Shown here: piece after piece, positions 10,074 through 19,640 of the stretch
Layout: each line of letters opens with the position of its first letter
How positions within the stretch are numbered: position 1 is the first letter of the stretch
Assembly: GCA_046715235.1 (NCBI GenBank)
Contig: JBKJZO010000167.1
Span: 1 to 47,034, forward strand
From: Mycobacteriales bacterium
GTDB lineage: Bacteria; Actinomycetota; Actinomycetes; BP-191
Direction of reading: 5' to 3'
DNA: 47,034 nucleotides
Made by a program: the position numbers and the translations under genes
The notes under the pieces: model-generated
Told to the model about the DNA's origin: nothing
Databases searched by the model: none
Seen by the model: the letters and a program-made list of their open reading frames with translations, nothing else

Positions 10074-10226
10074 GGTCCGAGGGTACCCGCGCGGTCGCGG
10101 TGGTCGTGCGGGAGGTGCCTCGACCCGGCGTCAGCCCTGGTGTGACACCGCCCCCGCGTCGAGATGCGACTGAGGTGTCACGCATGATCGTTGTGGTGGC
10201 GCGCGGTGAAGGGGGCGGGCTGTGGG

Positions 10227-11126
10227 TCAGGCGTTGCGGACGACGTTGCGCCCGTCCTTCTTCGCGGTATAGAGCGCCTCGTCCGTGCGTAGCAGCAACT
10301 CGCCGACGTTGGTGCCCTCAGCGATGCCGGCGCTGACCGTGACGTGTACGGTGCCGGCGCCGTCGATGACGACCTCGGCCCAGTCGATCATCGCCCGGAT
10401 GCGTTCCGCGAAGGTGCGTGCGCCGGGGAGGTCGGTCATCGGCAGGAGCGCGAGGAACTGTTCGCCGCCCCACCGACCGACGACGTCCGACTCGCGGATG
10501 CTGGCGCGGATGCGACGCGCGATGGTGCGCAGTACTTCGTCGCCGCCTTCAGCGGTGTGAGCGTCGTTGATGTCCTTGAGGCGGTCAATGTCGAACATGA
10601 CGACCGTGAACGGCTGCGCGTAGCGGCGGGCCTGGCTTGTCAGCTGGCGCAGTGCCTCTTCGAGGTGCCGCCGGTTGTAGAGCCCGGTAAGCACGTCGGT
10701 GCGCGACACCACGTCGAGCTCGTTGTTGCGTCGCCGCAGCTCGTCCATCAGCGACTTGCTGCGCAGAGCGGACTCGACGCGCGCGACCAACTCCGCGGTC
10801 TCGACCGGCTTCCGGACGAAATCGTGACCGCCCCGCTCGATCGCATCGACGACCCAGTCGACCGAGTTCTGCTCACTGAGCAGGATGACCGGTACGTCGG
10901 CGAGAGCGGTGCGCGCCTTCAATGCCGTCAGCACGCTGTAGCCGTCGAGCGCGGCGAGGTCGGAGTCGAGCAGGATCACATCCGGCGTGGTGCGCTCAGC
11001 CGTCTCCAGCGCCTGCGCGGCGTTCTCGGATTCGAGCATGTCGAACCCGCGGGCGAGCAGGCACTCTTTCACGAGTGCGCGCAGGCTCCGCGAGCCGTCG
11101 ACGCAGAGGATCGTGGCGGGCGGCAT
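10227..11126 (-). CDS. Receiver + GGDEF-domain protein with degenerate active site (GGEQF)
   Basis: REC domain (VILLD, FVRKP), DVLTGLYNRR, RESD I-site, RWGGEQF; RBS gaggag before ATG 11126. Confidence 0.9.
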   Translation of the reverse strand: MPPATILCVDGSRSLRALVKECLLARGFDMLESENAAQALETAERTTPDVILLDSDLAALDGYSVLTALKARTALADVPVILLSEQNSVDWVVDAIERGGHDFVRKPVETAELVARVESALRSKSLMDELRRRNNELDVVSRTDVLTGLYNRRHLEEALRQLTSQARRYAQPFTVVMFDIDRLKDINDAHTAEGGDEVLRTIARRIRASIRESDVVGRWGGEQFLALLPMTDLPGARTFAERIRAMIDWAEVVIDGAGTVHVTVSAGIAEGTNVGELLLRTDEALYTAKKDGRNVVRNA

Positions 11127-11213
11127 GGAACTCCTCGGAGATGGTCGTCCCTCATACATCGACAGAAATGCCGGACACGTGAGCCGTCGAGGGCAACGGT
11201 CTAAGGTGCGCCC

Positions 11214-12119
11214 ATGGGTCTTATGGACGGCAAGGTGGCAATCGTTACCGGGGCAGGCCGTGGCATCGGCCGGGCCGAGGCTGTCGCTTTGGCCGCCGAG
11301 GGCGCGGCAATCGTCGTCAACGAGCTGGATTCCGATGCGGGGCAGGCGGTCGCCGACGAGATCAGATCCGGCGGCGGACGAGTCCTGCTAGAGGGCGGTG
11401 ACTGCGCCGACATGGGCGTCGCAGAGAGCCTTGTCGCCGCGGCGGTCCGCGAGTTCGGGCAGCTCGACGCGCTTGTCAACAACGCGGGTATCGTCCGCGA
11501 CCGCACGGTCGTCAACATGACCGAAGCCGAATGGGACGACGTCATCAGGGTGCACCTCAAAGGTCACTTCGCCCCGACCCGATTCGCCTGCGCCTACTGG
11601 AAGTCGTCGGGACGGCCCGGACGTATCGTGTCTACGACGTCGACGTCCGGACTGCTCGGCAACTTCGGCCAGGCCAACTACGGTGCGGCCAAAGCCGGCA
11701 TCGCGGCGTTCTCCGCGATCGTCGCGCAGGAGATGGCGCGCTACTCGGTGACCTGCAACGCGATCGCGCCCGCTGCGCGCACGCGGATGACCGAGGCCGC
11801 GTACGCCGACATCCCCGGCGGGCGTGAGGGGTTCGACTTCTGGGATCCGGCCAACGTGGGGCCGATGGTCGTCTACTTGTGCTCCGACGCTAGTGATCAC
11901 ATCAGCGGCAAGGTGTTCGGGGTCGAGGGCGACGTTGTGGAGATCTACCGCCCCTACACATCGGCCGCAGCCGTCGACAATGGCGGCAAGCCCTGGCAGC
12001 TCGATCACCTTGCGAATCGCATCGAGGATCTGTTCGCCGAGGCCGGGATGCACCACGGCGCCGAGAACATGATGGCGAAGCTGCGCTTCTCGATGACTCA
12101 GCGCACTCAGCACACTTAG
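11214..12119 (+). CDS. SDR family oxidoreductase
   Basis: TGAGRGIG, NNAGIVRD, GQANYGAAK. Confidence 0.92.
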   Translation: MGLMDGKVAIVTGAGRGIGRAEAVALAAEGAAIVVNELDSDAGQAVADEIRSGGGRVLLEGGDCADMGVAESLVAAAVREFGQLDALVNNAGIVRDRTVVNMTEAEWDDVIRVHLKGHFAPTRFACAYWKSSGRPGRIVSTTSTSGLLGNFGQANYGAAKAGIAAFSAIVAQEMARYSVTCNAIAPAARTRMTEAAYADIPGGREGFDFWDPANVGPMVVYLCSDASDHISGKVFGVEGDVVEIYRPYTSAAAVDNGGKPWQLDHLANRIEDLFAEAGMHHGAENMMAKLRFSMTQRTQHT

Positions 12120-12514
12120 TCAGGCGCACTCGTGCGGCGCGTTCCGAGAAGTCGCTCGATAGTGGCCGGCTGTCCCGGCCACGCCGACATCAGTACGTCG
12201 CGCGGGACTGCACGGGCGGCGTACCGCAGGCACAGAGCGACGACGACCGCGTCGTCGAGCGGGCCGACGATCGGCAGGAACTCCGGCACCAGGTCGATGG
12301 GCGAAAGCACCCAAAGCGCGGCAAATCCGAGCGCGACCTTTGCCCGCCGCGGCACCGCCTCGTGATGCCGCAGTCGCCGGATGAGCGCGACGGCGTTGGG
12401 GAGGAACCCGGCCAGCTCCTTGAGCGAGCCCGCGGGCAAGGTCGCGGCCAAGGCGATCAGCACGACCCAGCTGGCGCCCACGACGGCGAAGCCGACGACC
12501 AGTGCGCGGATCAT
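12116..12514 (-). CDS. YkvA/DUF1232 family membrane protein
   Basis: LSPIDLVPEFLPIVGPLDD signature; start moved to ATG 12514. Confidence 0.88.
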   Translation of the reverse strand: MIRALVVGFAVVGASWVVLIALAATLPAGSLKELAGFLPNAVALIRRLRHHEAVPRRAKVALGFAALWVLSPIDLVPEFLPIVGPLDDAVVVALCLRYAARAVPRDVLMSAWPGQPATIERLLGTRRTSAPD

Positions 12515-12602
12515 CAGTTGATCGTATGGCGCTCGCTCGCTCTCAAGTCGGCCGTGAGAACGCCGAAAATAATGATCGACGGGGGGGACCGGAGGAACGC
12601 AC

Positions 12603-13160
12603 GTGCGGCACTGGGTGGACGCGGCCATCGGCCGCCGCAATGTTGCGCGGTCTTTGCGACTGCTGGGGGAGCTCGGCTTCGAGGTCCGCGACATCCTCGC
12701 CGACAGTGATTCGGCGCAGCACTCCGACCGCCTGCTCATCGGCGCACAGGGCGTTTACGTCGTCGGCTTCCGGACGCCGCGCGGCAACACCTGGCGCGGT
12801 GCGCCGCCGCAGACACCAGCCGAAGCTCTGGCTGGCCACGCTTGGGCGACCCACCGGCTGGCAGTCGTCGTTGCGGCTGCCCTTCGAGAAGATCTCGCCG
12901 CGCTGCACGTCAGGGTGATCCCGCTCCTCACCGTCATCGGTCCCGAACCCGTTCCGGCGGCCGTGCTGGACGGCGTGCCCGTGGTCGGCCCGACCTCGCT
13001 CGTCGACCGGGTGCTCGCGCCCCGGCCGGTGCTCAGTGACCGGCAGGTGGCCGACCTCACCGGCCGCATCGACGACTGGCTCGCGCGGCGGAGCGCGAGT
13101 GGGCTTGCCGCGCGTACGGCGAGCTCCCGGCACGGTGGCCGGGGACGCCCGGGCTCGTAA
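12603..13160 (+). CDS. NERD-like protein, apparently catalytically degenerate
   Basis: Layout resembles NERD (SDRLLIGAQGVYVV); RBS ggagg at 12591-12595. Confidence 0.6.
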   Translation: MRHWVDAAIGRRNVARSLRLLGELGFEVRDILADSDSAQHSDRLLIGAQGVYVVGFRTPRGNTWRGAPPQTPAEALAGHAWATHRLAVVVAAALREDLAALHVRVIPLLTVIGPEPVPAAVLDGVPVVGPTSLVDRVLAPRPVLSDRQVADLTGRIDDWLARRSASGLAARTASSRHGGRGRPGS

Positions 13161-13350
13161 CTCGTTCGAGCACCGCGGGCAAGGGGCCGCGATCGGGCGT
13201 TACAGTTGGCGACAAACCAGCCGTGGGTACCGGTTTTTTCGCCTTTCCCGCGCGGAAAACGGGGAAATGCAGCACCATCATCAACGGGGGGCCTGACAAG
13301 GGGGTCGGCGCCTGCGGTTCTAGCTCTTCGGCGTCGTCGTTAGGTCATCC

Positions 13351-13791
13351 GTGCTGCGGCTCATATTGCCCGTCCGTCCGCTTGTTGACGTAGCTGCCGC
13401 AGACGTGGGCGAAGAGGCCCTCAGCCACTGGGTCAAGGTCGCGAGCGCGTCCCTCGACCCGTGCCTCGTGCTCGACGAGAAATTCTGTGTCGCGGGCGTC
13501 TCGTGGTCGGCCGCCCAGCTCATGGGCGAGCCCGTAGCCGGCATCGTCGGCCGCAATCTCGTCGACGAGGTGCTTCGCGTCGTCGACTTCACCGACGCCG
13601 CGGGCTCGGGTGAGATCTACTCGCGCGGCATCCCGCCGGTGGCCGCGTTGAGGGACAACCACCTGAGCCGCGGCTTGCTCCGGCTCCGGCGTCCCGCCGG
13701 CGACCGCATCACACTCGACGCCGTTGCGGCACCCATCCACGGACACAGCGACCGGGTCGTCGGCTCGATCACGTTCTTCGCCTCGCTCTAA
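13351..13791 (+). CDS. Stand-alone PAS-fold protein
   Basis: CLVLD..SWSAAQLMG..IVGRNL and PAC-like end RRPAGDRITLDAVAAPIHGHSDRVVGSITFF. Confidence 0.65.
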   Translation: MLRLILPVRPLVDVAAADVGEEALSHWVKVASASLDPCLVLDEKFCVAGVSWSAAQLMGEPVAGIVGRNLVDEVLRVVDFTDAAGSGEIYSRGIPPVAALRDNHLSRGLLRLRRPAGDRITLDAVAAPIHGHSDRVVGSITFFASL

Positions 13792-14963
13792 CCACGCGGG
13801 GCGGTTCTACCCTTGGTCGCGCGTCGTTGCTGCTGACCGACCTGCGGGAGTGTGTAGCCCTCGTCCGGAGCGTCCGGCGTCCGATTGACCGGCCGCCGTA
13901 CGGCGACCGGCGCGTCGACACCGCGACGCGGGCCCGTCCACGGCGCAGGGGCGGCGTCGACGAGGTCGGCGAGCCGGTAGGCCAACGACTCGTAGTTGAT
14001 CCGCCAGCCGCGGAAGTGCGGCCACGCCTCCTCGGGAGTGCGTTCGAGCGGGAACCCGACCGCGGTCATCCGGTCGATCCCCGCGAGGAAGTCGTCGTAG
14101 GTGAGTCGTAGCGGGTCCGTGGGTCGCGGGTCGGGGTCGTAGGCCATGCCGAGCGATCCGCCGATGTCGCGAAATGCGGTGAAGCCCATCCGCAGCACGA
14201 GCCGCGCCTCTGACGGGGCGGTCGACGGGCACAGCGCCAGGTAGAGCGCCGCGGAGTCGAGTACGGCGGTCAGCCCGACCACCCACGACCGCAGCGGATG
14301 CGGTGACCGGAACCAGATGAGCACGCGGTAGTTGCTATGGCTCTCCGCTACGTCGGCCGCCCAGGTCTCCCAGTCGTCGTACAACATGGCCAGGTTGTCG
14401 ACGGTGCCGACGATCTGATGCCGCGCCAGGATCTCCGGTCCCCACGCGGGTTCGCCGGCCCGGCTCTGCAGTCGCGTGACCAGGGTTTCCCGGCGATTGA
14501 ACGACGCGTAGAGGGTCGGCAGGTAGCCGATCTGGAGGGCAACAACGACGAGCCCGGTCGTCGCGGCGGCAAAGCTGACGAGGGTCATCGGCGCGTTGTC
14601 GGTCGTCGCGAAGCCGAGAGTCAGCAGCGACGAGCCGCTTTCGCGGAAGGCGTCGAAGAGCGTCGCCGGACCCAGCGGCCACATCAGAGCGCCGTAGCCG
14701 ATCGAGAGCAGCACCAGCCAGACCAGCAGCTGCAACAGGATTGCCGTCGGCGCCTGCGTCGCGAGCAGCCGGTCGCGCGCGTCGTACGAGTCGGCGTGCC
14801 GTTTGCTCAGCCGCGCGTAGATCCACTTGACGCAGCGGGCGATCACGGAGGCCAGCCGCGACGTGAGTCCGCGCGGCACGACGAGGGTGCGGAAGACGCT
14901 GATGAGCGTGTAGCCGACGATGGCGAGGCCGCCGGCGGCGGTGAGCCAACGTACGGCTTCCAC
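13788..14963 (-). CDS. Potassium-channel-like membrane protein with long cytoplasmic tail
   Basis: TM helices around pore-like ESGSSLLTLGF; conserved-looking SHSNY..WFRSP..SW; RBS aaggagg. Confidence 0.72.
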   Translation of the reverse strand: MEAVRWLTAAGGLAIVGYTLISVFRTLVVPRGLTSRLASVIARCVKWIYARLSKRHADSYDARDRLLATQAPTAILLQLLVWLVLLSIGYGALMWPLGPATLFDAFRESGSSLLTLGFATTDNAPMTLVSFAAATTGLVVVALQIGYLPTLYASFNRRETLVTRLQSRAGEPAWGPEILARHQIVGTVDNLAMLYDDWETWAADVAESHSNYRVLIWFRSPHPLRSWVVGLTAVLDSAALYLALCPSTAPSEARLVLRMGFTAFRDIGGSLGMAYDPDPRPTDPLRLTYDDFLAGIDRMTAVGFPLERTPEEAWPHFRGWRINYESLAYRLADLVDAAPAPWTGPRRGVDAPVAVRRPVNRTPDAPDEGYTLPQVGQQQRRATKGRTAPRG

Positions 14964-15008
14964 TATGTCCTCCTTCTGGATCGGCCCTACGTGATCGGGT
15001 GGTGCGCC

Positions 15009-16208
15009 TTACGCGACGGTCGGCGGTAGCTGGGTCGCGGCTGACGCCGCGTCGGCGAGTACCGACTTCACCGGACGCCCCAGCGCGGTCGCCGCGGCCA
15101 CGACATCGTCGAACTCCGGTGCCGCATTGACCACGACGCCGTCGAGCCGGGCGACCTTCACTGCAACGCCCACGCCGTCCGCCAATTCCACGGTGACGAC
15201 CTCACGGTCGAGCGCGCGCTTCGCGACGGCGTACTCGCGGACGCCGATCGTCGAGGTCTCGCGGAACAGCAGTTCCCTCAGCGCGCCGAGCAGCGATTCC
15301 TCGGTCAGCACGCTGATGGTGATGGCGGGCCGGCCCTTCTTCATGTGGATTGGCGTGAGCCACGCATCGGACGCGCCCGCCGCCAGCAACGAGGAGATGA
15401 CGCCGGGCCACAGCCGGGGGTCGAGGTCGTCGACGTTCGCCTCGAGTACGAAGGCAGGCAGGACGGGCGGGCCGGCGGGACTCGCGTCGACTGCCGCACC
15501 GATCACGAGGCGCAGGATGTTGGGCAGCTCGTCGATGTCGCGGCTGCCCGCGCCGACGCCGACCTTCTCGAGCACGAGGCGCGGCATCTCGCCCCACACC
15601 GACACGGTCGCGGCGAGAATGGCGGCGCCGGTCGGCGTACACAGCTCGTGCGCCACGCCGCCACTGTGCACCGGGGCGCCTGAGAGCAGTTCGAGCACGG
15701 CCGGCGCCGGCACCGGGATCACGCCGTGCTCGCCATGAGTCATGCCCAGCCCGGTGGCGACGCTTGAGGCCGCGACGACCTGCAAGTCCAGTGCCCGCAG
15801 ACCGGCCGCGGCGCCGACGACGTCGGCGAGCGCGTCGAGCCCGCCGATCTCGTGGAAGTGAACCCGGTCCGGTGTCGTGCGATGCACGCGCGCCTCGGCG
15901 TCGGCGAGCCGCTCGAAGACCGCGAGGGAGATCGCGCGCACCCCGTCGTCGAGTGGCGCCGACTGCAGCAGTTCGCGGACGTTGGGCCAGGTGCGGGCGA
16001 CGGTCGTCGGTGGCACCACGACATCGACCTTCGTCGCGCCGAACCCGTGCCGAGTGACCTGCTTGGCCGTGAGCCGGATCGGCTCGATGCCGAGTGCGTC
16101 GACCGCGTCCTGCAGGACGTCGAGCGGAACGCCCGCGTCGACGACAGCACCGAGCACCATGTCGCCGCTGGCGCCGGCCAGGCAGTGGAACCAGCCGATG
16201 CGGGTCAC
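15009..16208 (-). CDS. larC: Nickel pincer cofactor nickel insertase LarC
   Basis: GASGDMVLGA, VHFHEIG, ELCTPTGAA, LEANVDD, MKKGRP, ETSTIGVR, PEFDD. Confidence 0.93.
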   Translation of the reverse strand: MTRIGWFHCLAGASGDMVLGAVVDAGVPLDVLQDAVDALGIEPIRLTAKQVTRHGFGATKVDVVVPPTTVARTWPNVRELLQSAPLDDGVRAISLAVFERLADAEARVHRTTPDRVHFHEIGGLDALADVVGAAAGLRALDLQVVAASSVATGLGMTHGEHGVIPVPAPAVLELLSGAPVHSGGVAHELCTPTGAAILAATVSVWGEMPRLVLEKVGVGAGSRDIDELPNILRLVIGAAVDASPAGPPVLPAFVLEANVDDLDPRLWPGVISSLLAAGASDAWLTPIHMKKGRPAITISVLTEESLLGALRELLFRETSTIGVREYAVAKRALDREVVTVELADGVGVAVKVARLDGVVVNAAPEFDDVVAAATALGRPVKSVLADAASAATQLPPTVA

Positions 16209-16984
16209 TGGCGCGCCGCGCCGATGCGCCGCGCCACCCGCGAGGCGAACACTCCGGCGCCGAAACCGTTGTCGATGTTGCAGACGACGACGCCGGGCGC
16301 GCAGGAGTTGAGCATCGCGAGCAATGCTGCGAGACCGCCGAACGATGCGCCGTACCCCACGCTGGTCGGTACGGCGACGATCGGCGTACCGACGAGACCG
16401 CCTACCGCGGAGGGCAACGCGCCTTCCATGCCGGCCACGACGATGAGTACGTCGGCTGCTTCGAGTTCGGCGCGGGAGGCGACCAGACGGTGGATGCCGG
16501 CGACGCCGACGTCAGTGACGCGGGTGGCGCCCGCGCCGAAAACGCGGGCGACGAAGGCGGCCTCCGCCGCGACCGGCTCGTCCGACGTACCGGCGGAGAC
16601 GACGCACACGATGCCGCACGGCTCGGGCAGCGCGCCGACGGCGATCGCACCGGACCGGTCGTCGACGCTGAGCTGGTCGCCCCACGCGGCCTGCAAGGCT
16701 TCGACTGCACCGTCTGGGGCGCGCGTGACGAGAGCGGGCCGGGCCGTATCGGCACGCAACGAGTGCACGATGGCGACGATCTGGGCCGGCGTCTTGCCCG
16801 CCCCGTAGACGACCTCGGGATCGCCGGTGCGCAGGCCGCGATGCCCGTCGACACGCGCAAAGCCCAGGTCGTCGTACCCGGTGCCGGTCAGCGCAGGCGT
16901 CGCGAGGGTGAGGAGCGCCTGGTCGACCGACAGCGAACCGGTCGCCACCGAGTCGAGCAACCCGCGCACCTCGTCGCGATCCAC
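16205..16984 (-). CDS. larB: Nickel pincer cofactor carboxylase/hydrolase LarB
   Basis: PEVVYGAGKT, SAGTSD, DVGVAGIHRL, AGMEGALPS, PTSVGYG, NIDNGFGAG; RBS aaggagg before GTG 16984. Confidence 0.93.
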   Translation of the reverse strand: MDRDEVRGLLDSVATGSLSVDQALLTLATPALTGTGYDDLGFARVDGHRGLRTGDPEVVYGAGKTPAQIVAIVHSLRADTARPALVTRAPDGAVEALQAAWGDQLSVDDRSGAIAVGALPEPCGIVCVVSAGTSDEPVAAEAAFVARVFGAGATRVTDVGVAGIHRLVASRAELEAADVLIVVAGMEGALPSAVGGLVGTPIVAVPTSVGYGASFGGLAALLAMLNSCAPGVVVCNIDNGFGAGVFASRVARRIGAARQ

Positions 16985-17069
16985 GGTCCTCCTTCGGGAC
17001 GGCACTCGGCCCTCGTTATACTCGCCCGCGCCCTACAGGCTGACCCGCCCACCACGCCAGAGGCTATTC

Positions 17070-17570
17070 GTGCCGGTTGCTGACAGCACTGCGAAGACGC
17101 TCGCCGCGGTTGCCATCCTGGTGGCCGTTCTCGCGCTGGGTCTGACGATCGGCATGCTGGTCGCGCTGCGCCGGATGCGCGTCGCCTACTCCGTGCTGCA
17201 GGGCGGCAAGGGTCACGACGACTTCGTGACGCTGGTCAACCACCACGGCCGCGCGGTCAGCGACCTGCGCGGCGAGGTGGAGGACATGAACGCCCGGGTC
17301 GGCAAGCTCTCGGTCGAGATCTCCGACGCGCTGCGGCACGTCGCGGTCGTGCGGTACGACGCGTTCCCCGACATGGGCGGGCGGCTGTCCTTCTCCGCGG
17401 CGTTGCTCGACGACGAGGGCGACGGACTCGTCCTGACGAGCATCAACGGCCGCTCGGAGACCCGCACCTACGCCAAGGGAGTGAAGTCAGGTCGCAGCGA
17501 CCACCAGCTCTCGCCTGAGGAGACACAGGCGATCGGCTACGCGACCCGTGGTGCGCGGGCGGGGGCGTGA
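17070..17570 (+). CDS. DUF4446-like membrane-anchored protein
   Basis: N-terminal TM helix, VVRYDAFPDMGGRLSFS..LLD..G.VLTSINGR.ETRTYAK..LSPEE. Confidence 0.8.
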   Translation: MPVADSTAKTLAAVAILVAVLALGLTIGMLVALRRMRVAYSVLQGGKGHDDFVTLVNHHGRAVSDLRGEVEDMNARVGKLSVEISDALRHVAVVRYDAFPDMGGRLSFSAALLDDEGDGLVLTSINGRSETRTYAKGVKSGRSDHQLSPEETQAIGYATRGARAGA

Positions 17571-18505
17571 CCACTCCTCCCACCCGCCTGGCCTACCTCG
17601 GCCCTCCCGGGACGTTCACCGAGGCGGCGCTGCTGACGGTGCCCGAGGCGCGCTTCGGCGCCTTCGACCCGCGGCCGACGATCGCCGACGCGCTGGCCGC
17701 CGTACGCGCGGGCGAAGCCGACATGGCGATGGTGCCGCTGGAGAACTCCATCGAGGGGTCGGTCAACCTCACGTTGGACGAGCTGGCGTTCGGCCCCGAT
17801 GAGCTGGCGATCCGGCGCGAGGTGCTGCTGCCGATCACGATCTCGCTGCTGGCGCGCCCCGGCGTGCGGCTGGAGGAGATCACGGCCGTGCTGTCGATGC
17901 CGCACGGCGCGGCGCAGTGCCGCGCCTGGTTGGCCGCCAACCTGCCGTCGGCAGTAATCGAAGCGACGACGTCGACGGCGGCGGCCGCTCGGCAGGTGGC
18001 GCTCTCGGACGAACCCCTGGCTGCTCTGGGCGCGCCGATCGCCGCCGCGGAGTACGGCATCGAGGTGCTCGTCGACGGCGTCGGCGACAACCCGAATGCG
18101 ATGACCCGCTTCATCCTGGTGGGCCGCGCCGACGAGGCCCCGCCCGCGCCGACGGGTGGCGACCGCACGTCCGCGGTCGTCTTCATCGGTGACGACCATC
18201 CGGGTGCGCTGTTGGAGCTGTTGGAGGAGTTCGCCGTACGCGGGGTCAACCTCACCCGGATCGAGTCGCGGCCCACGAAGCAGGGCATGGGGCGCTACTG
18301 CTTCTTCGTGGACGCCGAAGGTCACGTCGCGGACTCGCGGGTGGGCGAGGCGCTCATGGGGCTCAAGCGCCGCTGCGCCGACGTTCGCTTCCTCGGCTCG
18401 TACGCACGAGCTGACGCCAACCCCGGGCCGGTGCCCGCCGGCGTACGTGAAGAAGACTTCGCCGACGCCGCCACCTGGCTAAAGAAAATCCGCACCGGCA
18501 CCTAG
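17567..18505 (+). CDS. pheA: Prephenate dehydratase
   Basis: AYLGPPGTFTE, PLENSIEGSV, NAMTRF, ACT domain NLTRIESRP. Confidence 0.95.
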   Translation: MTTPPTRLAYLGPPGTFTEAALLTVPEARFGAFDPRPTIADALAAVRAGEADMAMVPLENSIEGSVNLTLDELAFGPDELAIRREVLLPITISLLARPGVRLEEITAVLSMPHGAAQCRAWLAANLPSAVIEATTSTAAAARQVALSDEPLAALGAPIAAAEYGIEVLVDGVGDNPNAMTRFILVGRADEAPPAPTGGDRTSAVVFIGDDHPGALLELLEEFAVRGVNLTRIESRPTKQGMGRYCFFVDAEGHVADSRVGEALMGLKRRCADVRFLGSYARADANPGPVPAGVREEDFADAATWLKKIRTGT

Positions 18506-18563
18506 CTGCACCACCTACGAGTGCGGGGTCGCAACCGCCGCCCACCCTCACACCCCCGGCCTC

Positions 18564-18646
18564 GACTGGTGTGCAGTTTGGTACGCGGTGGTACGCCAGC
18601 TGAGCGTGGGCCGTCCACCCGGACCGTACGAAAGTGCACACCAGTC
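18564..18646. repeat. Long imperfect inverted repeat (22-bp arms, 20 paired, outer 12 perfect)
   Basis: gactggtgtgcagtttggtacg (18564-18585) versus cgtacgaaagtgcacaccagtc (18625-18646). Confidence 0.85.
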
Positions 18647-18713
18647 AAGGCGTCCATCCACAGATGTGCTCGGCGACGTCTGACGAGTCCGGCCGCGAGG
18701 GATCGTTCTCCGC

Positions 18714-19640
18714 GTGACTGATCGCGTTGATGATGTTCCACCCACCTACCTGACCACCGCGCAGCTGCTGAACCGCGGCCTCACACGGAGGCAGTTGGAG
18801 AGTTTGTCTGCGTCGGAAGGGTCGGTTGACAGGGTCGCGCGGGGACTGTTCTTGGTCGGTGGCAGCGACGGGGGCTGGCACGATCGCGTCCGTCGCGCGC
18901 TCGGGCAGGCGGGTGCAGAAGCGGTCGTGGCACGAGAGACGGCCGCCCGCGTTCACGGACTCGCTGGGGCTCCTGCTCTCGCGGCGATCCAGCTTGCCGT
19001 TCCGCCGACTCGGCGGGCTCGCGACCTGGCGGGGGTCGACATCAAGCGAGCCGAACTCCCCGACGACGACGTGACCGTTGGGCAAGGGCTTGCGGTCACC
19101 ACTCCCCTGCGCACGGTTGTCGACTGTGCCCGCTACTCCGATGAGGTGACAGCCACCTGCCTGATCGAGTCGGCGTGCCGGTCCAACCTACTCACACTCG
19201 ACGACGTTGCAGCCCGACTCGATTCCCTCCGGCGTGCGCCGGGCGTTGTCTCCGCCAGGCTAGCGCTGGACCGTGCCGACCTCATGAGCGAGTCTCCGCT
19301 GGAGACGGCTGTGCGACTGACCCTGGTCAATGCCGGCCTCCCCACCCCGGTCCTCCAACTGCCGTTCGTGTGCGACGGCGTCTCCGGCCGGATCGATCTG
19401 GCGTATCCCGCCGCGATGCTCGGCGGCAACGGCGGCTACGTTGGTCTGGCGATCGAAGCGGACGGACGCGAGGCCCACACCGATCCGCAAGCGTTCGAAC
19501 GCGACCGGCTGCGTCAGACCGCGCTGGAAGACGCGCGATGGCTCGTGCGCCGGTTCACCGATCGGCAGGTGCGCCAAGCTCCGGCGTACGTCGTCGCCGC
19601 TGTTCAGCGCGCGATGGCCCGGGTTAGGGGACGCGGGTGA
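18714..19640 (+). CDS. AbiEi-like N-terminus + DUF559/Vsr-like endonuclease protein
   Basis: RVARGLF, VTTPLRTVVDCAR, SESPLET, RIDLAYP, LAIEADGREAH, RDRLRQ. Confidence 0.85.
   Translation: MTDRVDDVPPTYLTTAQLLNRGLTRRQLESLSASEGSVDRVARGLFLVGGSDGGWHDRVRRALGQAGAEAVVARETAARVHGLAGAPALAAIQLAVPPTRRARDLAGVDIKRAELPDDDVTVGQGLAVTTPLRTVVDCARYSDEVTATCLIESACRSNLLTLDDVAARLDSLRRAPGVVSARLALDRADLMSESPLETAVRLTLVNAGLPTPVLQLPFVCDGVSGRIDLAYPAAMLGGNGGYVGLAIEADGREAHTDPQAFERDRLRQTALEDARWLVRRFTDRQVRQAPAYVVAAVQRAMARVRGRG

Noticed and set aside
13161-13350. Intergenic region with TTTCCC/GGGAAA arms as a possible ncRNA
   Set aside because: Only a short imperfect stem; no riboswitch consensus recognised
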